64,000 nucleotides of DNA from Fonticula alba ATCC 38817 (lineage: Eukaryota > Protista > Nucleariida): the NCBI GenBank assembly GCA_000388065.2, contig KB932205.1. One strand, 5' to 3'. Of the stretch, positions 36,104 to 50,097 are shown piece after piece. Each line of letters opens with the position of its first letter. Position 1 is the first letter of the stretch. The notes beneath the pieces were generated by a model, which saw only the letters and a program-made list of their open reading frames with translations, made no database searches and was not told where the DNA came from. The position numbers and the translations under genes are program-made.

Positions 36104-36550
36104 GACGGCAGGAACTTGGCGCAGGAGACCGGGAGAGGGGGGAGGGAGATCTCACTAGGGGAGGGATGGGGCACTGGAAAGGGGGAGGGCGAGGGCGAGG
36201 CGGGACAGGGCGCCAGGGTGGGCGAGCAGGCGGGCGAGAGGGGGCATACTACTATCCTTGCCCCTCGAGCGTCGGAGCCGATGCGGTGTTGTGGTCTTTG
36301 AAGGGCGATCGACGGTGCGAGTCCCACCGGTCCATGGGCGCCCCCTGCGGTGGCACCTGCCCACGCCATGGGTCGCTCCCTGGCCGTTAGAAAAAAATGA
36401 AAAGCTGATCGCGGCGGTCGCCAAGTGCTGCCCCGGCGAAGGCCCGGGAAAATTGCGCGTCAGCCACCCCGCCCCTCGGATCCGCATATCGCGCCCTTCA
36501 CTCCTGTCGATCCTCCCTCCTCCTCTTCCTCCTCTTCGCAAGGAAACATC

Positions 36551-37628
36551 ATGCGTCCTACCGCCGGCGCCGCTGCTGGCGTCGATCTGGCGCAGGTTCA
36601 GGCCGCGCCTCTGGCTCTGATCGACTCGATCCTCAGTACGGCCCGCCCCTGCCCCTCGCCACTTTGTGACACCGATCCCCCCCCCCCCTCCTGATGCGGA
36701 GATCTGACATGCTCCCTCTCGTCCAGCCTCCCGGTCGCATCCGTTCCCGGGGCTCGGCCTCCCGGCCCCCGGACCGGGGAGCTTCCGATCGTCCTTGGCA
36801 AAGCTGGACGCCCACCAGGACGCCATGGTAGAGCGCGTCTTCTCCGACCTCCTCGATGCGCACCCTGAGCTCCTGGCCTCCGTGCGTTGGATACCCCCCC
36901 CCCCCCCCGCCCCCGCCTACACACGCACATATGCGCACGTGCACACCCGCGCGGCCTCCTGGCGTTCTCTTTGATGCTGACTTCCTCACTGTGTCTTGTT
37001 GCTCCTCTCCCCTCTCCTGGCATGCTTAGCTCCCTTTGGTGAACTTCGAGACCATCGACACGCTGAAGCACCACACGCTCGTGCGCTTCCGCGGCTTCGT
37101 ACAGGACACCCTCAACACGGAGTTCATGCTGCCCTCCATCATGGCCACCCATCCGAGCACCGGCCAGCAGCAAAACGCGCATCTTCTCTATCGTGACCGG
37201 TTGGATGAGCTGGTGGTATGTACATGCCTGGGGTGTTGCCTTCCGTGGGGCGCTGTTGCCAGGGGGGGAAGGGGGTCTGAGGCTTCTGACCTCGTCGGTG
37301 GCCTTGGTCTGACCGCAACCCATGCATGTGGCTGGCTCTCTCTCACACACACACACACTCACTCTTTTTCTCCCTTGCTCTGTTGGTGCAGATTGCCGAT
37401 CACCAGGACATGTCGGAGGCACTGCCGGTTGAGCGCTTCCCCTTCTTCTGCACCGCGGTCCCGGCCACCTCGGACTGGGTGACTGAACACTTGCAGCGGG
37501 AGTACCGTGACACTCGGGCGTCCTCTGGCGGCGCCACTCCCGCCCCCGGGGCCGGGCGCAAACGTCGGAACGATGACCCGGATGCTGACATGGCCGAAAT
37601 GGCCGACTCAACTTGTCCCCCTGGCACG

Positions 37629-37677
<49 letters not shown>

Positions 37678-39524
37678 GCACCAAGCGCCACCACCAGGCC
37701 GCGTCGGCCCCGGCTGCGATCTCCGAGGCGGGGGACGATTCCTTCCCGGTGCCGGAGCCAGTTGCTCGGCGCACCAGCCGGCCTGGGGCCGGCGGCGCGT
37801 CGGCCACCGGCTCGTCCCTCCCTGGCAGTGTGGTCCACGCGTCGGACGATGCGGCCGCCTGCCTGGTGAAGACGTACATCTCCTCGGAGCTGCTTGTCCT
37901 GAATGGCGTGGTGGACTTTGTCGGGGTGGTGTCGCTGGAGCCTGCGGCCACCAACCCCGAGGCCATGCAAGATCGTTTGGACTCCATGGCCACCGATCGC
38001 GCTGCGGGCCTGGCAGACCAGGGTGACTTCTTCGGCGATCTGTCCGAGGCCGAGGGGACCGCCTATTCGCCGCTCATCCCGCGCCTGCATGTGGTTGCCT
38101 TTCGCCCGGTAGTTCGCGGGGCCATCAATCCCCTCTTGCCGGCGGCCGGTGTGCCGGACCCGGGGACCCCGGTTCCCGGCTCTTTCCTGGATGACGGTGC
38201 GCCACTGCGGAGGGAGCTCCTGCTGCTTCGCCTGCTGGCCCTCGCCGATGCTCACGCGCATTGCCTGCTGACATGCATCCCTGGATGCGCCGCCCTCCGC
38301 TTGCCATACCATGCCATGCCTCCCTGCCTCCTCCCCCTTCCCTGCTCTTGGCCCCCCCCCCCCCCCCCCTGCCACAGACGCCGCTGTCCAGTTGCCCGCC
38401 CTGCGGGCGAAGCTACTCCACTCGCTGGCTGAGGCGCTGAGCGCCCCTGGCGCCTTCGAGGCGGCCCGGCACCTGGCAGCCGAGTACGCCCTGCTGGCCA
38501 TGCTGGCCAGCCCCTACCTCCGGGGCGGGTGCGATCAGCTCGCCGAGGCGTTGGCCGCCCGGCAAGCCGGTGGCCTCATCGACCCGCAGGGACGCCTGTC
38601 GCTCAACATCACCGGGCTCGATCGTGCGGCGGCCGAGCGCTTCATCCAGCTGGTGCAGTCGTTGGTTCCTCTGTGCGAAACCCTGCGCCTGGACTTGCAG
38701 GGGCTGAACCGTGAGGCGGTACGGAGCTCACATCATCCCGCCTGCTGTTGGCTTGCCATTGTGTGACTGCCCAGCCGGCGCGAGGGGGGGACGAAGAAAG
38801 AAGAAAAAAAGACTGACCCCCTCCATGGCAGCTTGCTCCGACCAAGAACTTCGACACCAACCGCCTGTCGCGCGGACGCCTGCAGCTCCCGCGCGGGTGC
38901 CTCCTCCTGCTGGATGAGACGCATCTGGAGGCCGGGCAGCTGGACGCCACGGGCGTGGGCAACTTGCGTCTGCTGCACCAGCTGGCCGCTGGCAGTGTGG
39001 TCTCCTACAACTACCACTACAACACCATCGACATCCCGACCGACGTCAATGTCATCATCCTTTCCGAGGGCCGGTCCATCGTGCCGTGCGACTTCGCCGT
39101 CTCGGTGGCCGGTGACCCGCGTCGCACCAGCGCCCTGGACACCCCGCCGCTGGGGCCGGCTGCTCTGTCCCCGGCCGACGTCTTGGATTCCCTGGGCCCG
39201 GGTGATTTGCCGGCCGCCCGGCGCCTCCTGACTACCCTGCGCTTTGCCCCGTACGAGGTGCCGGAGGATGTGGTCGCCGGGATTTCCCAGGAATTTGCCA
39301 ACGAGCGAGCTCGCCAGCAGCAGGCCGCCGCCGCCGCCGCTGCCGGCGGCGATGCCGGCCTGGGGGAGGGCGAAGCCGCCAGCCTGGCCAGCCCAGACAC
39401 CTTGCGCCACCAGCTGACCATTGCTCGGTACTTGGCCATGTCCCTCGGTGCCACGCATCTCAGTGAGGATATCTGGCGCCGGACCAAGTCACTGGAAGCC
39501 CACCGCCAGGCCGCCAACAAGTGA
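36551..39524 (+). CDS. MCMBP: Mini-chromosome maintenance complex-binding protein
   Basis: LVRFRGFVQDTLNTEF, LYRD, ERFPFFCTAVPATSDWV, CLVKTY, PRLHVV, AAEYALLAML, LSLNITG, KNFDTNRLSRGRLQLPRGCLLLLDETHLEAGQLDATGVGNL, YNYHYNTIDIPTDVNVIILSEGRSIVPCD, LTIARYLAMSLG. Five introns inferred (donors 36636, 36882, 37216, 38197, 38719). Confidence 0.9.
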
Positions 39525-39530
39525 CCTTTG

Positions 39531-39561
<31 letters not shown>

Positions 39562-40250
39562 CATGTACGCGTATCCGCGTACTTGCGTGTGTCTTTGTGT
39601 GCGCGTACGTGCGTGCGCCCGGCCGCCGCCCACCCGCGCCAAGCACAACCAACCACCCGAGCGCGGATCCTCCTCCCTCGCCTATTTACTTTGCCCTTGC
39701 CTCTCAAATAAATATAGACCTCTCAGATCTCCTTTCAAGAGGTGCGCCCCCCCCCCCCCCCCGCCCCGCGAGACTGGTGGGAGATGCATCGGACTGCACG
39801 ACGCCCGGCGTGGGTCATGTGATGTCTCTGCGCGTGACATATCTCTCGCCTCCCACCGCAGTCTCCAAACTGACGGAAGGGGGGAGGGGGCGGGGGGGAG
39901 GGATCAAACTAGCCGCAGGGAGGGAGTGTGCGCCCGCAGAGGTGGATGACGAAGGTATTGCGGCGCAGGATGGAACCGCCAGCAAGCATGTATGCACCGG
40001 CATTGGCCGGGAGGTGGGTGGGCTTTCGCGCCAAGAGGCAGGGGGATCTGTGACTAGAAGAGAAAATACACTGATCGATGCCCTCCCTCGCCTCCACCCC
40101 CTCCCACCTTGGGCTTCACAGCGCCGATCTGCCGTCTGCCCCTCGACATCTCTCCTCTTGCTGTCTCCCCTTCTCTCGCCCTCCCTCCCGTAGTACCTGA
40201 AGTCCCCCTGCGAGCACATACATACGCCCGCACCCCCGCCAACACGCATC

Positions 40251-41694
40251 ATGGATAATGCGGTGGTCCAGCCGAATATGCCCTTCCCGCCGGTGTACTG
40301 GCAGTCGCCGGTCTTTGCCACGGAGGAGGCATTCAACGCGGCCTTCCAGGCGGACTCGCAGCTAGTTGCTCCCCCGCCGGCCCCGCCGGCCCCTCCAGCC
40401 GACGACTCTGCCAGCTCGCACCACCCCCTGCACAGCACCCCCCATCACTCGTACCCCCCGATCTCGACACCCGGTGCCGGCTCCCCACATATCCCGGTCC
40501 CAAGTGTGGGCCTGTCAGCCATCAGTGACCATCCGTCGCCGATGTCCAGTGGCATGCTCCCTGGCCAGACCCCGGGCGCCTCGATGCCCGTTTCATTTGC
40601 CGTGCCGCCCCCGTTGCCGGACACGTCGATCACCCCGCTCCCGGTCTTTGGCTCTGCCTTGGTGGTGCGCTGCCCCGGCCTGGAATGCGGACTGGATCCA
40701 GGGGGGGGGGGGGGGGCGGATTTCTTCTCTCCCGCTTTTTGTCTTGCTCACCCCCTCGGTCACTTGTATACGCGCGCGCGCGCTCTCTCTCTCTCTCCTC
40801 CTTCTCCTCCTCTCCCCCTCTCGGGCCGCCTTACGATCGGACTACATCGACCGATCCCATCCATCCAGCTGAAGCAAACCATCCCCAAGCTCACGGAGGT
40901 CGGCTGTCAGCAGCTCTATTCCGACGACGAAGGTGCGTCCTTTCCTCCTGGCATCGCTCCCTCTCCCACACGGGGTCATAATCCACTGACACGCTGGCAC
41001 GCCACTTCCCTCCCCCACGCCTCCCCCTCTCTCTTCCTAGACAAGATTGCTGTCCTTCGGCGGCTCAATCGCCAGCTGATTAAGACGTTTGTGGATCTGG
41101 TCACCACCCTCACCAAGGATGCCGCCACAGTACGATGCCGCCTCGTTGCGCGACTGCCGTCCCCAATCGGGCGCCAACGCTTCGTGTTGGGGATATTTGA
41201 CTGACCACCTGCCCATGTGTAGCTTGTCCCGGCGCACATCGATCGCTTGTACCTCCTGCTGCAAAATATGCACCACCTGTTGAATGAGCTCCGGCCGCTG
41301 GCGGCCCGACGCAATGTCCTGTCCATGCTCCGGCACCAGACGGCCAAGCGCCGTCAGCTGGGGAAACGCATTCAAAAGTACGCACGCGCTGCCCCCTTTT
41401 GACTGCCACCACGGCAGGACCACTGACCACGCGCCCCCCCCCCCCCCCCCCCATCTTCCTGCTCCCGTCCGGCGCAGGGTTCGCGGCGAGTCCCAGAACT
41501 CCATCGAACAGGTCCGGCAGCTCTTCTCCTCGGCGCGGGACCGGTTGGACTTTGCGATCGGGATCGCGGAAGCCGCAGGGTACCGGGCGCCGAGCCCGGT
41601 CGCAACGGCGACGACAGCAACGGCCCCGACGGCCCCAGCAGTTGCGCCTGCTCCGCCCGGCACCGAGGATGATGCTGGCCAGCGCGACCGGTAG
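40251..41694 (+). CDS. MED7: Mediator complex subunit 7, about 312 aa
   Basis: Exons 40251-40664, 40869-40932, 41041-41129, 41223-41377 and 41478-41694 are in frame. Motifs: PFPPVY, VFG, IPKLTEVGCQQLY, LRRLNRQLIKTFVDLV..L, LLQNMHHLLNELRPLAARRNVLSMLRHQ (MED7 HHLLNE.RP..AR signature). Confidence 0.85.
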
Positions 41695-42578
41695 CCCTGT
41701 GCCGGGACCCATACCGCACCGGCAACGATTCACAATACACCTCTGCCCATGTGCCTTGCCGCGCCAGTGTAGGGGGGTACGAAGGTGAATGAGGCGGAGA
41801 TCCTGCCGACGAGGAAAGGCCAAACCGCTGCCCACCGCCTGCGCCTGATTGAATCCAACCAAGCATGTGGCCCTCCCCCCCACCCCCCGGTCACCGGGGT
41901 CGGGAAGACGGCGAGAAGGGGAAGAAGCACATCTGAAGGACATATTTATTTTGGAGGGGAAGAGGAAGGGGGGAGCACTCAGCGCGCGCGCGTGCATACA
42001 CACTGTTTTAGGCACACGCCGGTGAAGGCTCTCTCTTGGTGAGCAAGGGGAGAAGAGGGGCGGCGATAGCAAGTGGAGGAGGGATGGCGCAAACGACCCC
42101 GGCAGAGGCGGAGATGAAAGGCACAGCTTCATTCACCTCGCTTCTGGGTCTCCGCCAGGTGCCCCTGCCCTCATCCGTTTTGGTTCCTCGCCAAAAAGAA
42201 AGGATGGGCCAAGGAGATGGATGGAAGATACACACACAAGCAAGCCGGAGGGGGGATGTTTCTCGAGTGGGAGAGAGAGAGGCTGCGGGCGGACAACAAA
42301 GAACGGACGACCGGGAAAGCGGTGCTGGGGAGGTGAGCAAAGATGCCAGGAGGAGAATCCGAAAGGGACCGAGAATGACTTTGGGAGGGGGGGGGGGAGG
42401 GGCGGGACACGATGGCAAAGAGGAGGAAGGCCATGGGGACGCACATCTAGGGCTGTCTGTCGCTGGAGGGGGGAAGAGGGAGCGGAGTGCAGTGGGGGAA
42501 GTAGGGAAAGGACGAAAAGGAAGAGAGAGGAAAGGGGCAAGCCAGCAGGACACGTGGTATGCACGCGAGACTGTGTCT

Positions 42579-44933
42579 TTAGCGGGACTCGATCTGAAGT
42601 GTGAAAGACAGGAAGGCAGGAGAGGGGGAGCGGGGAGCGGGGAGCGGGGAGCGAGGAGCGGGGAGGGGCAGAGACAGCAACGGCGGATGGTCAGCACAAC
42701 ACCGGAGGCAGAGGGGGGGGGAGCGGGGAAATATAGGCAAGTGGCCAGGGAAGGCACGGCGGTGCGACAACAAGACGCACGATGTCATCGATCTTCATCA
42801 GCATGCGGACAGTCTCAGAGGCCAGGTTCAGGGCGCTGAAGGACACAAGGAAGGGCTGGAGGACATTCTCCTCCAGGATGTTGCTGATGGTACCCTTGCG
42901 GACATTGATCCCGGCGTACTTCTCACCGGCGGCATGCTTGTTGCGCAGCTCGGTGACAATGCCGATGGGCTGGAGCCCGGCGTTCTCGGCCAGGGTGTAG
43001 GGGATGATCTCCATGGCCTCGGCGAAGGCCTGGACCGCGTACGACAGGGATCCCTTCAGGGTCTTGGCGTGGGCCGACAGACGCTGGGAGATCTCAATCT
43101 CCGGGACACCACCACCGGGGATGAGGGCGCGCTTCTTGACCAGGCACCGGATGACGCAGAAGGCATCATGCAGCGACCGGGCCGACTCGTCCAGGATCAG
43201 CTGGTTGCCACCGCGGCAGAGGATGGACACAGTGCGGCCGGGGTTCTTGATGCCGGAAATGCGCAGGACACTGGCAACATGGCCATCGGAGGAGTCCTCC
43301 ACCAGCTCGGCATGGGCCAGGCGATCCTCGGTGAAGGAGTCGATGTCGGCAATGGGCTTGCAGCCGAGGCTCTTGCAGATGAACTCCACCTCATCGCGCT
43401 CGATGTCCTTGATGACCATGACCTTGAGCTTGGCCAGGAAGTGCAGGGCCAGGTCATTGACCGCATCACGCAGGATGGACTTCTGCAGGAGGACCACATT
43501 GCAGCCGGCCTTCTTGATCTTGCGGCAGATGTTCAGAATGTAGTTCTGCTCCTCCTTGAGGATGCGATCCATCTGGCGGTAGTCGTTGACAACGATCTGG
43601 CTGTCCATGTCGGACTTGGGAGGGGAGATCTGGAACTGGCAGACGGCGATCTTGGCCTTCTCCACGCGGGTGGGGCCACCGGCAGAGGTGATGGCATTCT
43701 GGCGAAGCAGCAGGCCGGAGGTGAGCTCGGTGTCATCGATGGTGCCGCCGACCTTGCGGACGATGCGGATGTCGGTGAGGTCCACGTTGGAGGGGTTCTC
43801 CGGGTCGGTGATCTGCGCCAGTCCAGGGGCCGGGAACAGGGGGGGGGAGTCGGGGCGGGTCAGCGACGGCGAGAGGCCCAAGAGGAGCAGGGGGAGGGGG
43901 GAGGGGCTGAGGGAAGGCCGATAGAGGGCCGAGGAAGATACGCACACCGAGGACCGCGTCGACGGCGATGGGAGCCAGGACCGAGGAGTACTGGGACACG
44001 ACCTTGGAGTTGAGGGAGGTGGTGGCAATCTTGAGGAGCTGCTCGCGGTCGGCCAGGTCGACGGGGATGGAGATGTCCTCGATGACCTCGACGGCCTTCT
44101 CACAGGCATACTGGAAGCCGTCCGAGATCTGGGAGGGGTTGATGCCCTTCTCCAGGAGAGACTCGCAGGCGTTCAGCAGGCTACCAGCCAGGACGACCAC
44201 GGAGGTGGTACCGTCACCGGCCTCGATATCCTGGGCCTGGGACATGCCGGCAAACTGTGGTCCAGACGCCGAGGGGGGGAGAGAGAGAGGGAAGGTGAGC
44301 CAATGACGAGCGCAGCGAAAGGACGGTGCCACGCTGTCTCAGATGTGTCGGAGGGAGGGGCTGGCTGGGGAGGGGGAGGGAGGGGGGGCGTACCATGCGC
44401 GCGGCGGGGTGCTGGACGTTCATGGACTTGAGGATGGTGGCGCCATCGTTGGTGACAATGACCTCGGAGTCGGCCTTCTGAATCTGTGGACGGGGCGCAT
44501 GGTGGAGACACACATGGACGGGCGAAAAGAAAAGAACAAGGGATGGACGGGGAGGGTGAGTGACAGTCCAGGGAGACACATATGGACAAGAAGAGGACGC
44601 ATGAAGCGGCACGAACCATCTTGTCCATGCCGCGGGGGCCGAGCGAAGTGCGAACGGCATCAGCGACAGCTGTGGAGGAAGGGGGAGGAAGGGACGGGGG
44701 GGGGGTGGACGAGGGGACACATGGTTCAATAGGCCAGACAGGAGGTCAGTGACGTGGTCCGGGAAGGGAGGATCGATGCATGTGCGAACGGAGATGGCGC
44801 CGAGGGGGGAGCGGGGGGGCGACGTGTGCGCACCCTTGGCGGCGACGATGTTGCTGTGGCGAACATCCTTGGGCTTCTCCTTGTCCTTGAAGTTGGAGCC
44901 GGCGGCCGGGCGGGAGGCAGTGGAGGAGGTCAT
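42579..44933 (-). CDS. CCT4: T-complex protein 1 subunit delta (CCT/TRiC chaperonin)
   Basis: [97 protein letters not shown] (delta-specific), [35 protein letters not shown] plus terminal exon IESR* at 42579-42593. Confidence 0.95.
42625..42666. repeat. (GGGGAGC)n heptamer repeat, 6 copies, in the last CCT4 intron; G-quadruplex-capable on the template strand
   Basis: Read directly. G4 potential is inferred from the repeated G4 runs. Confidence 0.8.
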
Positions 44934-47900
44934 GGCTGGTGGGTGTGGGAGGGAGGGAGGGGAGCGAGGCTGGAAAGGCGGAGAAAAGGCCGATAGACAG
45001 CGGGGCGCGAGGCAGGGAGGGAGGGGGGGAGGGAGGGGGAAGAGGGTAGGGGGAAGGGGAAATGGCAGCGTCTCTCAGCTGGGTCTTTCTCTGCCTCGGC
45101 GCCTGCGCGACCAAGGGCCCCCCAATCAACAACCACTAAAATGGTGCTCCGGTCGGGCCGGAACCGGGCCGGGCCGGGCCGGGCCGGGGCCGGTGGGTGG
45201 GGGCGCATCTGCCGAACCGCGCGCACCCTCCACGCATGCGCATTACACACACACACAAACGCAAACACACAGAGAGAGAAAGAGAAAGAGACACGCTGAG
45301 AACGCGCCCTCAAGCTCAGACGCCGGCTCCTGCGCGTGTGCGAACCCACGCTCAGCGAGATGCACGAAATCCCGCCCCAGGCCCTGATGATGATAAGAGA
45401 CCGGCTCTCCAAACGCCGGGCCAGACAGAGGACCCCAGATACGGGAGATCACTATGCCGGGGCGCTGAGTGCCCCTGCGAGGGGGAGGGGGGGGGTGGGG
45501 GCGCGACGGCGCGTAGCAGGAAAGTAGGGCCGAGAATGCCAGAGGGTACCAGCGCGCATTGCGGGCCCTGGAACTCACGGCACCGGGCGGAAACGGCACA
45601 AGGACCGAGAACAGCCAGCTAAGTCCGCTCCGCCCCCCGCCCCCCGCCCCCTCCCAGCCCGCGGTGGGGATCTCGGAATAGTCGCTTGGCGATGCGCCTC
45701 CAAATGGAGACGGAGTAACGAGAATCCCGGGCTCTCCCGCGGCCCGCCGCTCGCAGCGACTCCTTCTCGAAGCACAGGGGACAGGAAAACCGAGCAGCCG
45801 CCCGCCAGGCAAGTCCCGGCTCAGGGGCCGGGGGGGGGGGGGGGGGGGGGGCTGGCCAGCGTCGAGCAGGCCCAAGACCGGCTTTAAGCACTGGCATTCG
45901 CATTGGCCAAAAAAAATACCTCCCCACCGTCGTGGCCGAGCGGTGCGGGGGCCTGCACCCGAGGCCGAAGCCCAGGCCGCAGGGTCCCCCCTGCAGCACT
46001 TCACGCCGGCCTCTCCGTGGCTTGCCCCACCTCCCCACACACACCTGGACTCGCTCGGTGCAACCCTCCGCTCCCGCGCCTCCAAGCCGCCTTCACCCTC
46101 CCGGCCCCGCTCCCAGTCGGCCCGGGCGCATGCCTCGGCACCCGAGAAGCCGGGCGGGGCGGGGGGGGGGAGGGGACAACAGGGACAAACGAACTAAGCC
46201 AAAGGGAGCCTCCACAGGGAGAACCCGCTAGAAGTATGGGCCCTCACATTGGTGCAGATATTTAGGAAAGGAGCACATTCCTAATGATGCGTCACGTTCC
46301 CTGGGAATGATGTTCCGGGGGTCCCGAAAATTCAACCCATTCTCCCCGGGTCGCCCCCAACGCATTTGAGGGCGCGTGTATCGGCCGCCGCGAGGATGGG
46401 CAGCATTTCCCCCCAGGGGGCCGCGCCGCACGCATTAAAAGGCCCGGCCTCCGGGGCTGGCACCTCGCCATACCTGGCCATTTTGTGGCGCGTATTTTCG
46501 CGCCCACCGGCACGAGGACCGGGGGGGGGGGGCGAGAGGAAACTGCCCAGCAACACGGCGTAGCCTGGCCTCCGCCCGGGCGCGTCCCAGGCCCTGCTGA
46601 ATTGGTCGGACAGCAGCGTGGAAGGGAAAAAAGTGTCACTCCGCCCGGGGCGTCGGTGCACAGAGCGTCGCCCCTCCTCTCTCCCCTGCCCCCACGTCCC
46701 CACCTCCCCGGGGGGGAAGGGATGGGGAAAAATGCAGTCCCCGGAGGAAATAGAGCCTCCCTCGCCCAGTGCCGGCGAGCGCCGAATGATCTAAAATGCG
46801 CTCACTATCGCAACCGGCAGCTCCGCCAGCATGTCGCCCCCCCCCCCCNNNNNNNNNNNNNNNNNNNNNNNNNNNNNCCCGCCTCTGGAGGCACTAGCGG
46901 CTGGGCGCGAGACTCGCGCACCCCCGCACCACCCCCCTCCCGGCGGCTGATGGCCTTGATTAGAGGCGCCGGAGATAGATAGCGCCATAGCTGTGCGTCA
47001 GCCCGCGATCTTGCGGGAGCCCCGACGCTGGTGGCACCAGTCGGCAGTTGGGCACGCGCGGCCGCACGCATGAGCGGGTGCGTGTGCCTCTGTGTATGTG
47101 TGTGTGTCTGTGGAGCACACACCTGCGCACTGGCCCTCTTGCGCGTGGCCACGGCCCGCGGCCCCCCGCCCCGGGGGGATGGGGCCCGAGTTCCACCTGG
47201 GTCCCTCCCCCCACAATGGCCCCGATCACTTGGGCGAAAATTGCCTGCTTCCTTGCACGAGTCATGCTTCTCCCCCTGGACGGGTAGTTCGGTCGAGTGG
47301 CCCGCCGCCCGGGTCGGTGTCAACAAGGCGGGCGGGGGGGCGGGGGGGCTCTCATGCGCAATACATCCAGTGGGGGCTACCGCCTGGATGCCCCCCCCCC
47401 CCTGGTGCCCCGAGGGAAGGGGTCTCCCCACGCGATCTCGCCCCCCCCCCCCCCACAGGGAGGCCCGGGGGGTCAGCATCCAGGGGCAGGAGCACAGGGG
47501 GCAGAGAGACTGCCAGGCACATAAATGAGGGGGCGTGTGTGTATGTGTATAGGGCGAGGGGAAGGTCTAGGTGAATGTTGGCCGCGGCGGTGCCCGCGCC
47601 GGCGCCGGCGCCGGTCCGCCAGCCCATCGACCCGGCGGCCCCCCCCCCCCCCAGGCTAGGCCTGACAAACCAAAGGGCCCGATCGCGTGGCTACACGCAC
47701 CTCCTTCTCTCGGGGCCTCCCATGCCCGGCCTACTGCGCGGGCACCGCGCTCCGCGCCACCCGCCTCGGCCTTCCCCGAAGACCCCCTGCCAGGCCAGCT
47801 GGCTGCCACGGATGGCGCCCCCCTTCCCGGGGGGAAAGTGAAGGCAGGGGCCGGGGCACTAGGACGACCTCATGCCGCCTCCGGCCTCGCCAGGGCTCTG

Positions 47901-48104
47901 TCTGTCTCCGCGCCTCTCTCCCTCTCCCTCTTTCTCGCTCTCCCTCTATCCATCTATCTCTCTCTCTCTGTCCGGCCCTAGGTTGCCTGTTCTGATCAGA
48001 AAGTGATCTATTGCCTGACGCCTGGCCCGGGCAGCCCGCATGCACCCTCAACGCAGCTCCTCTGACTGTGGATTCTCCCCTCGCCTTTGCCCCCGCTCCT
48101 CCCT

Positions 48105-48160
48105 CCACGCCCCTCCTCCACGCCCCTCCCCCACGCCCCTCCTCCACGCCCCTCCTCCTC
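48105..48160. repeat. 13-bp tandem repeat (CCACGCCCCTCCT) x4 plus a partial copy, about 190 bp upstream of the deacetylase ATG
   Basis: Read directly: units at 48105, 48118, 48131 and 48144. Confidence 0.85.
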
Positions 48161-48345
48161 GCCCCCCCCCCTCCCCGCCTTGCCTCCGTCCCCTCCCCCT
48201 GCGCCTCAGTGTCACGCGCTGCCGTTGTCGCCAGACTGGCATCTCCGCCATTTCGCGCTCCACCCTCCCGCATCTTCTTCGTGCAGGACTGAGCTCCCGC
48301 CTGGCTGTCACCCCTTCGCAAGCAGCACCTCCCCCCGCTCCGCGA

Positions 48346-50029
48346 ATGGTCCCCCCCGTGTCTTCCCTCCCGATTCCCACCTTCACACACCGCGTGGACC
48401 CGCAACCGGAGCGGGCATACCCCTTTCCGAATGACAGTTTCTACGAGGTGGCCGGACGCTTTTACCATGCCCTGCGTGAGCTCCGGCATCTGAACCGTCC
48501 GGGGGATCTCCTCCAGCGCGCGGCCCCGGTCGATGGCACCCTTCCGCCGACTCCCACGGCGCCGGTGCCCGACAGCGGTGGTGGCGGCGGCGGCGGTGGA
48601 CGCCTGCAATTTGACATCGCCTACGAACATTCCCATGCCCCGACATCGGCCGAGCTGGCCCGCGTCCGCCGTGCCGTGCTGGACATCCACTCGCCCGATT
48701 ACATCCGCTGGCTGGTCGAGGCATCGGAGTACTGCTGCCCGCGCAGCCAGACCAGCGCAGCGCGTGCCCGCCTGGAAGCCCTGGCCTTGCGCAACCCCAG
48801 CTCCTCGCAGCTGCTGCACCTGCAGTCAGTGGTGCATGGCCTCGAGCGCCATGGCTCGTCTTCCTCCGATTCCGATGATTCCTACTCCGATGGCGAGGGT
48901 GGTCGCTTGCGGGCCGGGTACAGTGGCTTCCGCGACCCGGCCATCGTTGACTCCGATGAGGAGGGCCACACCATCATCGCCGATGTCATGCCCCCGCACC
49001 AGAGCCAGCATACCGGGCGCAAGGGCATCCGGCCGCCGCTGCTGGACGAGTCGTTCCCCGATTCGCAGGCCGGCTTTTGGATTTACGATGCGTGGACACC
49101 GATTGTGCGTCTTCGTGTTGCTGCTGTGCTTGGGCTTCTGCCATGCTTCGCGAGGGGGGGGGGGGGGCGAGCGAGAGAAAGGGAGAAAGACAAAGAGGCA
49201 GGATGGACTTTCCCCCTCCTCGCAGACACACACACACACACATGCACGCACGATTGCAAGAGAGGTCCCATGCAAACTGACATCTGCGTCGGCAAACCGA
49301 ACTAGACCTCCCTGACTCTGCAAGCGGCGCTCATGTCCTCGCATTGTGCCATGCGCGCGGCAGATACCTTGGTGAAGATGATCGCCGCCGGGTCGGCCTC
49401 AGGGCAAGCCGGCGGGCATCTGCCCATCAGCTACTCGCTGGCTCGGCCGCCGGGGCACCATGCCTCTTCCGGTCGTGGTGGCGGCTACTGCTATTTCAAC
49501 AACACCGCCGTGGCGGTGCGTTACATGCAGGGGCTCCTCGCGGGAACCACCGGCCCCGACACCAAACGCCCCCGTGTGACCATCCTCGACATCGACTACC
49601 ACCATGGTAATGGCACGCAGGACATCTTCTACGAGGATCCCTCCGTGCAGTATGTGTCCCTGCATGCCTCGCCCTCCTTCGGTGGGGAGCCCTACTTCTC
49701 CGGGCACGCCGAGGAGACTGGCGCCGGGCCGGGGGTCGGCTTCACGGTCAACATCCCCCTGGCTCCGCCGATCACCGATCGCCGGTACTTCCGGGCCCTT
49801 GCTCGCCGGGCTCTGCCGGCCATCCGGGACTTCGCCCCCGAGGTGGTGGTCGTGTCTCTCGGGTGCGACATCACTCGGGTCGATCCGCTCGCGCACATGG
49901 GCGGCATCGGTGACCAAACCCTCGCCCGTGTGGGCCAGGCTGTCCGGTCTCTCGGCCGCCCGGTGCTGGTCATTCACGAGGGCGGCTACAACTCCAAGAC
50001 AATCGGTCGGGTAGGTGGCGCGCGCGCGA

Positions 50030-50097
<68 letters not shown>

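Noticed and set aside
45388-45468. C/D-box-like pair (ATGATGA ... CTGA) suggesting a snoRNA
   Set aside because: There is no terminal stem flanking the boxes and no identifiable guide.
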